Shown here piece by piece: positions 8,199 through 16,367 of a stretch of 32,000 bases of DNA. Where the stretch lies: NCBI GenBank assembly GCA_037441475.1, contig JBBISB010000001.1:396418-428417 (forward strand), in the 5' to 3' direction. Position 1 is the first letter of the stretch. Each line of letters starts with the position of its first letter. This stretch comes from Candidatus Iainarchaeum sp. Its GTDB lineage: Archaea > Iainarchaeota > Iainarchaeia > Iainarchaeales > CSSED10-239. The notes beneath the pieces were generated by a model. The model was not told where the DNA came from, ran no database searches, and saw nothing but the letters and a program-made list of their open reading frames with translations. The position numbers were made by a program, and so were the translations under genes.

Positions 8199-8328
8199 GT
8201 TAAATCACAAAAATAGTTTTTAAAAATTATGAAAATTATAAATCATTATAGATATATATTATAGAACCAAATAGTATTTAAGAATGTTTACTTTATACTT
8301 TTTTATAATAAAAAAATTATTAAAAAGA

Positions 8329-9138
8329 TTATTTTAAAATCTCAAAACTACCAGGTGGAAGAGACGCATCAATCTCCTCTTGAGAGAGAACAACCTTTCT
8401 TTTAAGAAAGATACTTTTAATCTCTTTTGAAGTATCTGATTTTTTTACATCTCCAGGAACCAAGAAAATATCATCCTTACTTTTTATATTCTCACTTGAA
8501 AAAAGTACAGGAAAAGGATAAAGTCCTTTTTCCTTATCGTAAAGTAATTTAAGTTTTAAGTTTAGTTTTCTATAATAATCTCTTTTACCCCTTATAACAA
8601 AAGCACCAGCACCTAAAGACTCACCAGTATTTGCTGTTTTTGAAACTTGATCAGGGAGAACAGAATAAACCTCTGTTGAAAAAGCCTTATTTTTCCAAGC
8701 TGAAGAAAAAATTAAAGCAAAGCAAGCAGCTTCTTCTTTATCAATATCAGGAACTTCTTTTTTTAAATCGTTTTTTAAAACAACGTGAGGAGCCCCATGT
8801 ATCTCTGCATGGAAATAAAGATCATTTTCTTTTAAGTGTTTCTTAATTAAAAAATCATTGTTCTTAGTATCCTTTCCTCCAAGAACTAAAAAACCATTTG
8901 TTGTAAAAAAAAACCTAAACTTATGATACCATTCTTTCTTAATATCGACTTTCTTTGTAACAGAAACCTTTTCTTTAATTTTCTCTTGAATATTCTTTTC
9001 TTGTAAAGATATCTTTTTATTTGTAATCTCAATTGCCTTTATAGCCCCAGAAAGTTTTGACTTATATTTATTTCTTTCAAGATACTTTTCTTCTGCATTC
9101 CTTCCTGCACTTAAGGTATAATCAATTTCAAGCTTCAT
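8329..9138 (-). CDS. NFACT-R (DUF814) domain protein lacking the NFACT-N domain (truncated RqcH/Rqc2/FbpA-like)
   Basis: The core KFRFFFTTNGFLVLGGKDTKNNDFLIKKHLKENDLYFHAEIHGAPHVVLK is the DUF814/NFACT-R signature, preceded by a short coiled-coil-like region. The protein is only 269 aa and there is no upstream coding space for an N-domain. Confidence 0.75.
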   Translation of the reverse strand: MKLEIDYTLSAGRNAEEKYLERNKYKSKLSGAIKAIEITNKKISLQEKNIQEKIKEKVSVTKKVDIKKEWYHKFRFFFTTNGFLVLGGKDTKNNDFLIKKHLKENDLYFHAEIHGAPHVVLKNDLKKEVPDIDKEEAACFALIFSSAWKNKAFSTEVYSVLPDQVSKTANTGESLGAGAFVIRGKRDYYRKLNLKLKLLYDKEKGLYPFPVLFSSENIKSKDDIFLVPGDVKKSDTSKEIKSIFLKRKVVLSQEEIDASLPPGSFEILK

Positions 9139-9141
9139 AAA

Positions 9142-9681
9142 CTATTCCATACCTTGCTCATCGTTTAAAAGATCTATTAAAACATCAATTTCATTTTTCT
9201 CTTTATAGACAGGAAATGCTAAATAAAAGATTGAGGATTTTTTTATAAAGTCATAGTAGTTAGGAATTTTATAAACATACTTGTCTCTTAGGTTATTATG
9301 AAAGGACTCAATGCTTTTTGATAAGAAAGAAACTGAAACATTAAAATCTCCATCTGATATTACTTGAGAGGCTGAAAGAACATTTTTGTCTTTTGAAAGA
9401 ATATCTAAAAAACTCTTTTGTTTTTCCTTTAAAGATAAATCCATTTGAAAGTAAGAAGAGGACTTAAGATTATAACCTGCAACCAATGGATCAAGTAAAG
9501 GTCTGTAACCAAGAATGAATTTTTCATTTTCTAAAAAGTCAATAGAGGACTTGATTGTGGCTCTATGAAACCCAGTTATTTTTTTAATATGCCTTATGTT
9601 AGGAACAACTGAGCCTTTTTTTGTCATTGCAGAAAGGATCTTAACCCTTATTGAATCGTTTATTTTCTTTACAACAGCCAT
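9142..9681 (-). CDS. Lrp/AsnC-like winged-HTH transcriptional regulator
   Basis: The segment INDSIRVKILSAMTKKGSVVPNIRHIKKITGFHRATIKSSIDFLENEKFILGYRPLLDPLVAGYNL matches the HTH_AsnC plus I-x-GY linker pattern, followed by a roughly 90-aa effector-type domain. Its stop lies 3 nt from the NFACT-R start. Confidence 0.6.
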   Translation of the reverse strand: MAVVKKINDSIRVKILSAMTKKGSVVPNIRHIKKITGFHRATIKSSIDFLENEKFILGYRPLLDPLVAGYNLKSSSYFQMDLSLKEKQKSFLDILSKDKNVLSASQVISDGDFNVSVSFLSKSIESFHNNLRDKYVYKIPNYYDFIKKSSIFYLAFPVYKEKNEIDVLIDLLNDEQGME

Positions 9682-9858
9682 ATCTAATCAATATAAATAT
9701 AATTTAAAACATATTAAAAAGGTTGTTGTTGTACCAAAAAGCACAAGTTTAAGGAGAAGAAAGGTTTTCGCTTAAAACAAATATATTTATATGCATTTCT
9801 AATAGTATATTATATTACAAACAACTAATTTTTTAAAAACTTTAAAAAATGAAAATTT

Positions 9859-10062
9859 ATGGAAAAACTAACTAAGTACGAAGTAACAAGGATATTGTCT
9901 GCTAGAGCAGAACAAATAGCATGTGGAGCACCTCCTCTTGTAAAAGGAGTTAAGGAAGATACTGCTTATGATCTTGCAGAGAAAGAATACTTTAAAAAAA
10001 CAATACCTTTAGCTGTAATTAGGACTATAAATGGAAAAAGAGAAATTATAAGTGTGAATTAA
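9859..10062 (+). CDS. rpoK: DNA-directed RNA polymerase subunit K (Rpo6)
   Basis: The motif LTKYEVTRILSARAEQIACGAPPLV is the RpoK/Rpb6 core. Length is 67 aa. Confidence 0.85.
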   Translation: MEKLTKYEVTRILSARAEQIACGAPPLVKGVKEDTAYDLAEKEYFKKTIPLAVIRTINGKREIISVN

Positions 10063-10064
10063 TT

Positions 10065-10334
10065 ATGGGAAAAGCAGTATCAAATAGTATTAAAGCAAAA
10101 GCAAAAATTGTAATGACAGAGTTTAGTGATAAAGTTGGAACTGAATTTGAAACTAATAAAAACTTTTTAAAAAATATGAAGCTTCCATTATCAAAGTTAA
10201 CTATTAACTTAATGGCTGGTTACATGACAAGAACTCTTAAAAGAGAGTTAAAAGAAAAAGAAATGCTTGCTCAAAAAATGGATATTTCTAAAACTCCAAT
10301 GAAGAAAGCAAAAGATTCTGAAATACACGGTTAA
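10065..10334 (+). CDS. rps17e: Ribosomal protein eS17 (S17e) with a C-terminal Lys/Glu-rich extension
   Basis: The N-terminus MGKAVSNSIKAKAKIVMTEFSDKVGTEFETNKNFL...INLMAGYMTR matches the S17e pattern (FE.NK...N.iAGYiTR). Confidence 0.75.
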   Translation: MGKAVSNSIKAKAKIVMTEFSDKVGTEFETNKNFLKNMKLPLSKLTINLMAGYMTRTLKRELKEKEMLAQKMDISKTPMKKAKDSEIHG

Positions 10335-10350
10335 ATTTTCTAACCTTTTA

Positions 10351-10370
10351 TTACTTTTTTATTAAAAAAT
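10351..10370. terminator. Bidirectional oligo-T/oligo-A tract between convergent rps17e and pelota
   Basis: The sequence ttacttttttattaaaaaat gives a T6 run on the plus strand and a T6 run on the minus strand within a 41-nt spacer. Confidence 0.4.
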
Positions 10371-10375
10371 ATATT

Positions 10376-11404
10376 TTAAAAAACCTTATATCTTAAGACA
10401 CTAATTATCCCACCAAAAGAATTTAAGGTTTTTAAAACATCTTCATGTCCTTGATCTACTATATAGACCTTAGTCTTAAGTTTTTCTGCAAACTTAATTA
10501 AAGATTGAACCTTATCTATGTCTTTTGTCAATAAGGTGTAAGAAACCATTACAAAATCACAAGCCCCTGTTTCTAAAATTTTTAAAACCTCATCATAACC
10601 ATAAACAGAAAGATTACTATCTTTTCCAAGATTTTCTTTAAACCTGTCAAGCATTTTTTTTTCCTTATAGATTATTGAATTTTCAAAAAACTTTAAAACT
10701 TCTTTTTTTGTTAAAAGTTCGTTTACTGCAGATTTAGAGGTGTTTGATATGTTTAGGACTATTGAGGACAATCTATATCTTTCTTTTAAATATTTTGCAA
10801 AAAGATCTTTTGTTCCTCCTGGCCCTGCAACTATTAATTGATCCTTAGATTTAGAGATTATACTATAAAGTTCTTCAAAAAAAGGAGAAAAATCAAAAGA
10901 TTGATTGTATCTTTTACCGTGCTTACCTGATTTTATGGACGCTATGTTTCTATTTTCTATACCTGAAAGAATAAATACTTCAGCTAAGTCATCATCTAAG
11001 ACAATGATGTTTATTTTATTTTCCATGCTGTTTGAGTTTTTTAAAAGATCAACTTGATATTCAAAAATTTCTTTTTTAGAGAGTGTATATTTACTACCAA
11101 ATATAACCTCTATTGTGTGATACTCGCCAACAGGAGCAAGCTCTTGTGGTTTTGAATCTACAATCTTTCCTGTAAACCTTAAGGAACTTAAGGAAGAAGA
11201 ATAATCTTGTTTTTCAATGGAGATTTCAACAAAGACAAGTTTTCTATCACTCTCTCCTGTCTGGTCATTTTTAAGACGCCTATAAGAGCTTCCTTTAATA
11301 ACATCCCCTGGCTGGGTAATAGACTTAATGATCCAGAGATCCTCTATTGTATGCGCTATAAAAGAAATCTCTTTTGCTTTAAAGTCTATTTTTAGAATAT
11401 TCAT
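10376..11404 (-). CDS. pelA: Pelota (Dom34) ribosome-rescue factor
   Basis: The N-terminus MNILKIDFKAKEISFIAHTIEDLWIIKSITQPGDVIKG is the Pelota DLW..i..GD pattern. A central AGPGGTKD and an eRF1-like C-terminal domain follow. Length is 342 aa. Confidence 0.88.
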   Translation of the reverse strand: MNILKIDFKAKEISFIAHTIEDLWIIKSITQPGDVIKGSSYRRLKNDQTGESDRKLVFVEISIEKQDYSSSLSSLRFTGKIVDSKPQELAPVGEYHTIEVIFGSKYTLSKKEIFEYQVDLLKNSNSMENKINIIVLDDDLAEVFILSGIENRNIASIKSGKHGKRYNQSFDFSPFFEELYSIISKSKDQLIVAGPGGTKDLFAKYLKERYRLSSIVLNISNTSKSAVNELLTKKEVLKFFENSIIYKEKKMLDRFKENLGKDSNLSVYGYDEVLKILETGACDFVMVSYTLLTKDIDKVQSLIKFAEKLKTKVYIVDQGHEDVLKTLNSFGGIISVLRYKVF

Positions 11405-11410
11405 AAGTAA

Positions 11411-12931
11411 TCATTTTTTAAGAAGGGATGGGTGCATGTCCCTTGGTATTTTTTCATTTAAGATGTCAAGTATTGTTGGTGCAATGTTTGCAAGAGAAGG
11501 GTTTTTAATATTCTTTTTCAAAGAATGTTTTTCTGAAACTAAGATGAAAGGAACCTTGCTTAAGCTATGTGCTGTGCTTATTGATTTATCAGGGTACATC
11601 ATCTCATCACAGTTACCATGATCAGCTGTTACTATGACTGTTGTGTTTTTATCAACAGTTTTTAAAATATCAGAGATTGCTTTATCCATAGTTTCAATGG
11701 AAGAGACTGCTGCGTTTATGTTACCAGTATGTCCAACCATATCTCCATTTGCAAAATTAATTACCATTAACTTATAATCTTTTTTTATAGCAGGTAAAAT
11801 CTTTTTCATTAGATCAAGTAAAGACATTTCTGGTTTTTGATCATAGGTTCTTACCTTTGGTGAAGGGACAAGGATTCTATCTTCGTTTTTATTAGGTGTT
11901 TCTTGTCCTTGGTTAAAGAAGTAAGTCACATGTGCGTATTTCTCAGTCTCTGCTGCTCTTAACTGCTTATAACCTAGCTTTGAGACGATTTGCCCAAGGC
12001 CTGTAGCTGGTTTTAGAGGTGGAAAAATAACATCTACATTTTTAAAAGATTTATCATACTCTGTAAATGTGAAAAAATTAACATCAACTTTCTTTCTTTT
12101 AAAAGAAGTAAATGTTTTGTTTACAAAAGCACTAGTTAAGGCTCTTGCTCTATCACTTCTGAAGTTATAGAAGATGACTGTGTCTTTGTTTTTTATAATT
12201 CCTTCTTTTAAAAAAAGAGTAGGTTCTAAAAATTCATCAGTAACTCCTTTCTTATAACTTTTTTTTATAAAAACAGCTTTGCTATCATCTATGTTTCCTT
12301 TACCTTCAACCATCAAGGAATAAGCTTTTTCTATTCTCTCCCATTTATGATCTCTGTCCATGGCATAGAATCTTCCTGAGATTGAAGCTATTTCAACAAC
12401 ATCTAAAAGTTGTTTTCTTGTAATCTGTTCTTTTAATTTTGAAATATAGTTAAGAAGTGTTCTTGGTGGAGTGTCACGCCCATCCCCTAAAACATGGATG
12501 TATACTTTTTTTAGTTTCTTTTCTTTTACCATGTCAAGAAGAGAAAAAAGATGATTGATGTGAGAGTGGATACCACCATCACTTAAAAGACCTATTAAAT
12601 GAAGAGCATTATCTTTTTTAACTTTTGAAAATGCTTTTTGTAAGGTTCTATTTTTGAAAAAAGATTTATCTTTAATTGCTTTATTAATTCTCATTAGATC
12701 TGAAGAAATTATTTTTCCTGCACCAATGGTTAAGTGTCCAATCTCTGAACCTCCAATCTGCCCTTTTGAAAGACCAACATACTCTTCACTAGCCCCTAGT
12801 TCCATGTAAGGGTATTTCTGTATTAAAGTATCAAGAGTTTTTGTTTTAGCTAAGAAAGCTGCGTTTCCAGAATACTCTTTATTTATTCCAACACCATCTA
12901 ATATCAATAATAAAACTTTTTCTTTATTCAT
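11411..12931 (-). CDS. gpmI: 2,3-bisphosphoglycerate-independent phosphoglycerate mutase, GpmI (bacterial-like) type
   Basis: Motifs seen are LLILDGVGIN, GQIGGSEIGHLTIGAGKII, SDGGIHSH, LGDGRDTPP, NFANGDMVGHTG and TADHGN. I trimmed the start to MNKEKVLLLILDG (ATG 12931). The track's 13009 start would overlap priL by 86 nt. Confidence 0.9.
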   Translation of the reverse strand: MNKEKVLLLILDGVGINKEYSGNAAFLAKTKTLDTLIQKYPYMELGASEEYVGLSKGQIGGSEIGHLTIGAGKIISSDLMRINKAIKDKSFFKNRTLQKAFSKVKKDNALHLIGLLSDGGIHSHINHLFSLLDMVKEKKLKKVYIHVLGDGRDTPPRTLLNYISKLKEQITRKQLLDVVEIASISGRFYAMDRDHKWERIEKAYSLMVEGKGNIDDSKAVFIKKSYKKGVTDEFLEPTLFLKEGIIKNKDTVIFYNFRSDRARALTSAFVNKTFTSFKRKKVDVNFFTFTEYDKSFKNVDVIFPPLKPATGLGQIVSKLGYKQLRAAETEKYAHVTYFFNQGQETPNKNEDRILVPSPKVRTYDQKPEMSLLDLMKKILPAIKKDYKLMVINFANGDMVGHTGNINAAVSSIETMDKAISDILKTVDKNTTVIVTADHGNCDEMMYPDKSISTAHSLSKVPFILVSEKHSLKKNIKNPSLANIAPTILDILNEKIPRDMHPSLLKK

Positions 12932-13919
12932 TTGTTTTTTCACCTTTTTTAATATTTTTAAATAATTGAAAGGGATGTTTTGTTTTACAGTCTGTAACAC
13001 ATAGGCCATTGCTTTTTAGAGTATCACAGTTTGGAACAGCATACTTCTTTTCTAAAATCTTCTTTATCTGGTAGCCTGCTATTTTTTCATCATAGTTAGG
13101 AGAGTTTTTAAAAGAAAATAAAATTTCATCATAACTGTAACCTATGTTTGCTAAGAAAACTGCAATATTAAAGTTTTCAATATGTGTAAGCTTCTCTCCG
13201 CCCATTAACTTGTTGTACATCTTTAGAAAGCAGGGAGGAAAGGTGTTAACTTCTGGTTTATTAATAATTTTTATTTCAAAGATATTATCTTGGATAACCT
13301 TTTTTTTAATATACTCTCCATACTCTAAGAAAAGCTTAGGAAGTTCCTTCTTTTCAAGATCTATGTTCTTTAAGATCCTTTTTTTTAAAACCACAGAAAG
13401 TAGATCAATAATTTCTGATTTTGAAAAATAAACATTTCCGTCTTCAAGCCTGGAGTATTGAAGCTTAAAGTTGTCTGTAAGTTCTAAGGAAAGATACTCT
13501 ATTAATGATAAAAAATATCTTTCTGTTTTTTCATCATACTTAATATCTTTACAGATATCTGTTTGTATGTTTAGAAACTCTTCTTTATCGTTTAATTGTT
13601 TTAAATAATAACTTAACTGTTTTTGATAGTATTCTCCAAACCTTTGATAAAGAGGGTTGTAATCAACTACATTTAAGAGTAGACGTGAGATTGGGTAAAG
13701 TGTTGCAAACATTTTTGCTATTCTTTCATCATCTATCCTTAGATATTCCTTCCATTGTTTTTCATTTTCTACTGTTTCTTGAGAAACTGTTTTAAGAATA
13801 AACAAGGTTGCTTTTTTAATAGTCTCTTCGTTTATAGAAAATAAATCTATATTTTTTGTTTCTAAATATTCTTTTGCTTTATTTGAGAAAGGATATTTGA
13901 TAATATAGTTGTAAGACAT
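12924..13919 (-). CDS. priL: DNA primase large subunit PriL
   Basis: The C-terminal Fe-S domain carries four Cys: PPCFLKMY...YAVPNCDTLKSNGLCVTDC. I trimmed the start to MSYNYIIKYPF (ATG 13919). The stop overlaps the gpmI ATG (ATGAATAA). Confidence 0.8.
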   Translation of the reverse strand: MSYNYIIKYPFSNKAKEYLETKNIDLFSINEETIKKATLFILKTVSQETVENEKQWKEYLRIDDERIAKMFATLYPISRLLLNVVDYNPLYQRFGEYYQKQLSYYLKQLNDKEEFLNIQTDICKDIKYDEKTERYFLSLIEYLSLELTDNFKLQYSRLEDGNVYFSKSEIIDLLSVVLKKRILKNIDLEKKELPKLFLEYGEYIKKKVIQDNIFEIKIINKPEVNTFPPCFLKMYNKLMGGEKLTHIENFNIAVFLANIGYSYDEILFSFKNSPNYDEKIAGYQIKKILEKKYAVPNCDTLKSNGLCVTDCKTKHPFQLFKNIKKGEKTNE

Positions 13920-13964
13920 AAATATATATAGTAGATGAAAAGAAATAAAAAACAACTATATTCA

Positions 13965-14819
13965 TTAGAAGAAATAAGTTGTTTCAATTAAAGCACCGAT
14001 TATCAAACAAATCACTGCAAATAAAAACAAATATAAAAAATCCCTTGTTGCATGCCACTTGAAAGGAGTTTCAAAAACACCTTTAAAAAGATCTCTTGCA
14101 AAAATAGCACCCGCAACAGATGCTACAAAATAAGCTAAGACTTCAAAAAAACCATGAGGTACAAAACCTAAAAAAGCAATGAAACCATGCTTAGAACCCA
14201 TTATAGCAGCGTTTACACCAGCATGATAAACAGCAGAAGAAATATAATTAATAATCATAACAGAAAGTAAAGATGCATTCCAAGCTATTAAAAATAAACC
14301 TCCAGCACCATAAAAGAAAGAAAGAATAATTGCAGCCATCACCACTAAAAAATTATTTTTAAATATCAAACCAAAGATACTATTAAACCTATCTGTAGAA
14401 ACATCACTTAATGAAAAATTACCAGTAATTGTGTTTCTTACTTCAGAAACTCTTTCAAGCTCCTCAAACTGAGCAGTCAAAAGATTATTTGAAACCTCTT
14501 CACTTAAAACAAAGTAAGATGCAACAAAAGTAAACAGTATACCTAAGAAAAAGAAAAACAATAAAACAAATATTTGTTTATGTCTTACAAAAAAAGGCTT
14601 TGAGTAATTTGTAATATATGAATCATAGGAATAAAGTTTGTTAAACAAAGGAACAACACCTATTATTAGAAAAGTTAAAACCGCAATGCTCATGTATTTT
14701 CCTGGAAAAATAGTGCTTGCAAAGAAAATAGATAAAACAGTTAAGAGCATAGCCTCAAAAAACATAAGGTATGGCTTTTGCCTAAGTTTAAAACTATTTG
14801 TAATTAATTCCAGAACCAT
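13965..14819 (-). CDS. SpoIIM-like (DUF95) polytopic membrane protein
   Basis: There is an N-terminal TM helix and a soluble insert, followed by multiple TM helices. The last region carries the motif FVPHGFFEVLAYFVASVAGAIFA, typical of DUF95 (pHGifE.pa). Confidence 0.6.
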   Translation of the reverse strand: MVLELITNSFKLRQKPYLMFFEAMLLTVLSIFFASTIFPGKYMSIAVLTFLIIGVVPLFNKLYSYDSYITNYSKPFFVRHKQIFVLLFFFFLGILFTFVASYFVLSEEVSNNLLTAQFEELERVSEVRNTITGNFSLSDVSTDRFNSIFGLIFKNNFLVVMAAIILSFFYGAGGLFLIAWNASLLSVMIINYISSAVYHAGVNAAIMGSKHGFIAFLGFVPHGFFEVLAYFVASVAGAIFARDLFKGVFETPFKWHATRDFLYLFLFAVICLIIGALIETTYFF

Positions 14820-14882
14820 ACAAAATTACATAAGGAAACAATATAAAAATATTTCTAATTATATAATATATATTATTATTGC

Positions 14883-14910
14883 TTATTTTAATAATTATTT
14901 TAATAATTAA
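14883..14910. repeat. 12-bp tandem direct repeat (ttattttaataa, about 2.3 copies) in a divergent intergenic region
   Basis: Read directly from the sequence: ttattttaataa ttattttaataa ttaa, between the SpoIIM-like gene (minus) and csl4 (plus). Confidence 0.6.
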
Positions 14911-14935
14911 CTGTAAAATAAAGATGTGATTTAAA

Positions 14936-15358
14936 TTGATTTCTAAAGAAAAAGATGTACAAAAAATACTAGCAAACATACCTAAGAAAAGAGCCTTGGA
15001 TGAAGGAGATACAGTTATAGGTGTGATTGTTCAAACAACAGACAAAATAGCAATTGTAAATATTGATTATAAGACACAAAATGTTTTAAGCCCATCAGCA
15101 ACCGGTATACTTTTTATAAAAAACGTCTCCTCTGATTATGTTGAGAAGATGGGGGATATTGTAAGGATAGGGGACATCATTAAGGCAAAGATAAACGAGA
15201 AAGATAAGTTTGGTTTTAAACTTACCATAAATGAACCTGAGCTTGGTGTAATAAGAGCTAACTGCTTTAAATGTAAGACAGAACTTAACCTTTCTGAAAG
15301 CCCAATCAGGTGCTTAAAATGTAACACCATAAATACTAAAAAAATAGGAAAAATGTGA
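14936..15358 (+). CDS. csl4: Exosome subunit Csl4-like protein with S1 domain and C-terminal zinc ribbon, lacking the usual N-terminal domain
   Basis: The S1-like region is GDTVIGVIVQTTDKIAIVNID...GDIVRIGDIIKAKI and the zinc ribbon is CFKCKTELNLSESPIRCLKCNT. The gene sits next to rpoL, as in many archaea. It has a TTG start at 14936, preceded by atgtgat (near-SD) 5 nt upstream. Confidence 0.7.
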   Translation: MISKEKDVQKILANIPKKRALDEGDTVIGVIVQTTDKIAIVNIDYKTQNVLSPSATGILFIKNVSSDYVEKMGDIVRIGDIIKAKINEKDKFGFKLTINEPELGVIRANCFKCKTELNLSESPIRCLKCNTINTKKIGKM

Positions 15359-15365
15359 AATAAAT

Positions 15366-15644
15366 ATGGATTTTGAATTTATAAAAAAAGAAAAAAATGA
15401 AATTGAAATTAAGATAATAAACGAAGACTCTTCTTTTTTCTATCTTTTAGAAAATATTGCAAGCTCTAAAAGAGAGGTTGAGTTTGTGGCTTTAAAGAAA
15501 GGGGATCACTTAACAAAAGATTTTACTTTCTATTTAAGAACAAAAGATAAAGCGGCTAAAGATGTTCTTTTAGAATGTATTTCAGAAGCAGAAGAAACTG
15601 TTTTAGCAATTATAAATAACCTTGAAAAGATCACACAAGATTAA
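15366..15644 (+). CDS. rpoL: DNA-directed RNA polymerase subunit L (Rpo11), divergent
   Basis: The 92-aa protein begins FEFIKKEKNEIEIKIINEDSSFFYLLENI, which aligns with the RpoL N-terminus (the canonical EDHTLGNLL is degenerate here). Adjacency to csl4 supports the call. Confidence 0.65.
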   Translation: MDFEFIKKEKNEIEIKIINEDSSFFYLLENIASSKREVEFVALKKGDHLTKDFTFYLRTKDKAAKDVLLECISEAEETVLAIINNLEKITQD

Positions 15645-15656
15645 TGGGTTTTTAAA

Positions 15657-16364
15657 ATGAAAATAAAAGAAAAAGTTAAGTATCTTGACCCATACCTTTA
15701 TGTGGACCTTTTTCTTTTAAAAGTTTTTGGAAAAGATAAAAAACTTGAAACTAAAATTATTTACTGGATAGTTTATCTTTTATACTCCCTTCTTCTTGCT
15801 TTTATTATCTTTAAACTACTTGGGGTTATTTTAGGAACCTCACTTCCACTTGCAACAGTTGTTTCTGGGTCAATGGAGCCTTCTTTCTATAGAGGGGACA
15901 TCATGGTTATTAAGGGTGCAAAAAACCTAAAAGCAGAAACGATAACTATTGATGAGGAAATTAAAACTAAAAACCTCTCTGACTTTTCTAAAATGGAATA
16001 TTCTAGAAATGAGTATGGTTTAAATGAGGTTGAAAAAATAATTATTAATAACCAAGAGATTGTTATTAAAGATGCCATTACAAACAACAACTCTGTTGTT
16101 GTGTACAGATCAAATCTTACAGGAAGAGATATCATCCACAGAGTGGTTTTAATCATTGATGCAAAGGATGGAAAATTTGTTTTAACAAAAGGAGATAATG
16201 GAGAAACAAACTACATTATTGATCAAGACTGTACAATAAGTGGAAACTACATTATTAATGGTTGCCTTCATGTTTACCCTATTGAGACAAAAGATCTTCT
16301 TGGAAAAAAATTATTTAGAATACCTTACGTAGGTTACTTGAAACTATTTTTATTTAGAGGATAG
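15657..16364 (+). CDS. Signal peptidase I, archaeal/eukaryotic Sec11 (S26B) type
   Basis: An N-terminal TM helix is followed by the catalytic-Ser box VVSGSMEPSFYRGDIMVI, the His box IIHRVV, and TKGDNGETN. Confidence 0.85.
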   Translation: MKIKEKVKYLDPYLYVDLFLLKVFGKDKKLETKIIYWIVYLLYSLLLAFIIFKLLGVILGTSLPLATVVSGSMEPSFYRGDIMVIKGAKNLKAETITIDEEIKTKNLSDFSKMEYSRNEYGLNEVEKIIINNQEIVIKDAITNNNSVVVYRSNLTGRDIIHRVVLIIDAKDGKFVLTKGDNGETNYIIDQDCTISGNYIINGCLHVYPIETKDLLGKKLFRIPYVGYLKLFLFRG

Positions 16365-16367
16365 ATA

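Noticed and set aside
9682-9858. A relatively GC-richer stretch (ggttgttgttgtaccaaaaagcacaagtttaaggagaagaaaggttttcgc) in the longest intergenic region, considered as a small ncRNA or tRNA.
   Set aside because: I could not draw a cloverleaf, a C/D-box pair (RUGAUGA/CUGA) or a convincing stem. It is more simply the divergent promoter region for the Lrp-like gene and rpoK. A covariance-model scan (Infernal/Rfam, tRNAscan-SE) would settle it.
12932-13009. The track's longer N-terminal extension of gpmI (MAYVLQTVKQ...), and the extension of priL (13920-13955, MFFISFHLLYIF).
   Set aside because: The gpmI extension would overlap priL by 86 nt, whereas the conserved GpmI N-terminus starts right at MNKEKVLLLILDG. 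The priL extension is hydrophobic junk upstream of a plausible ATG at 13919.
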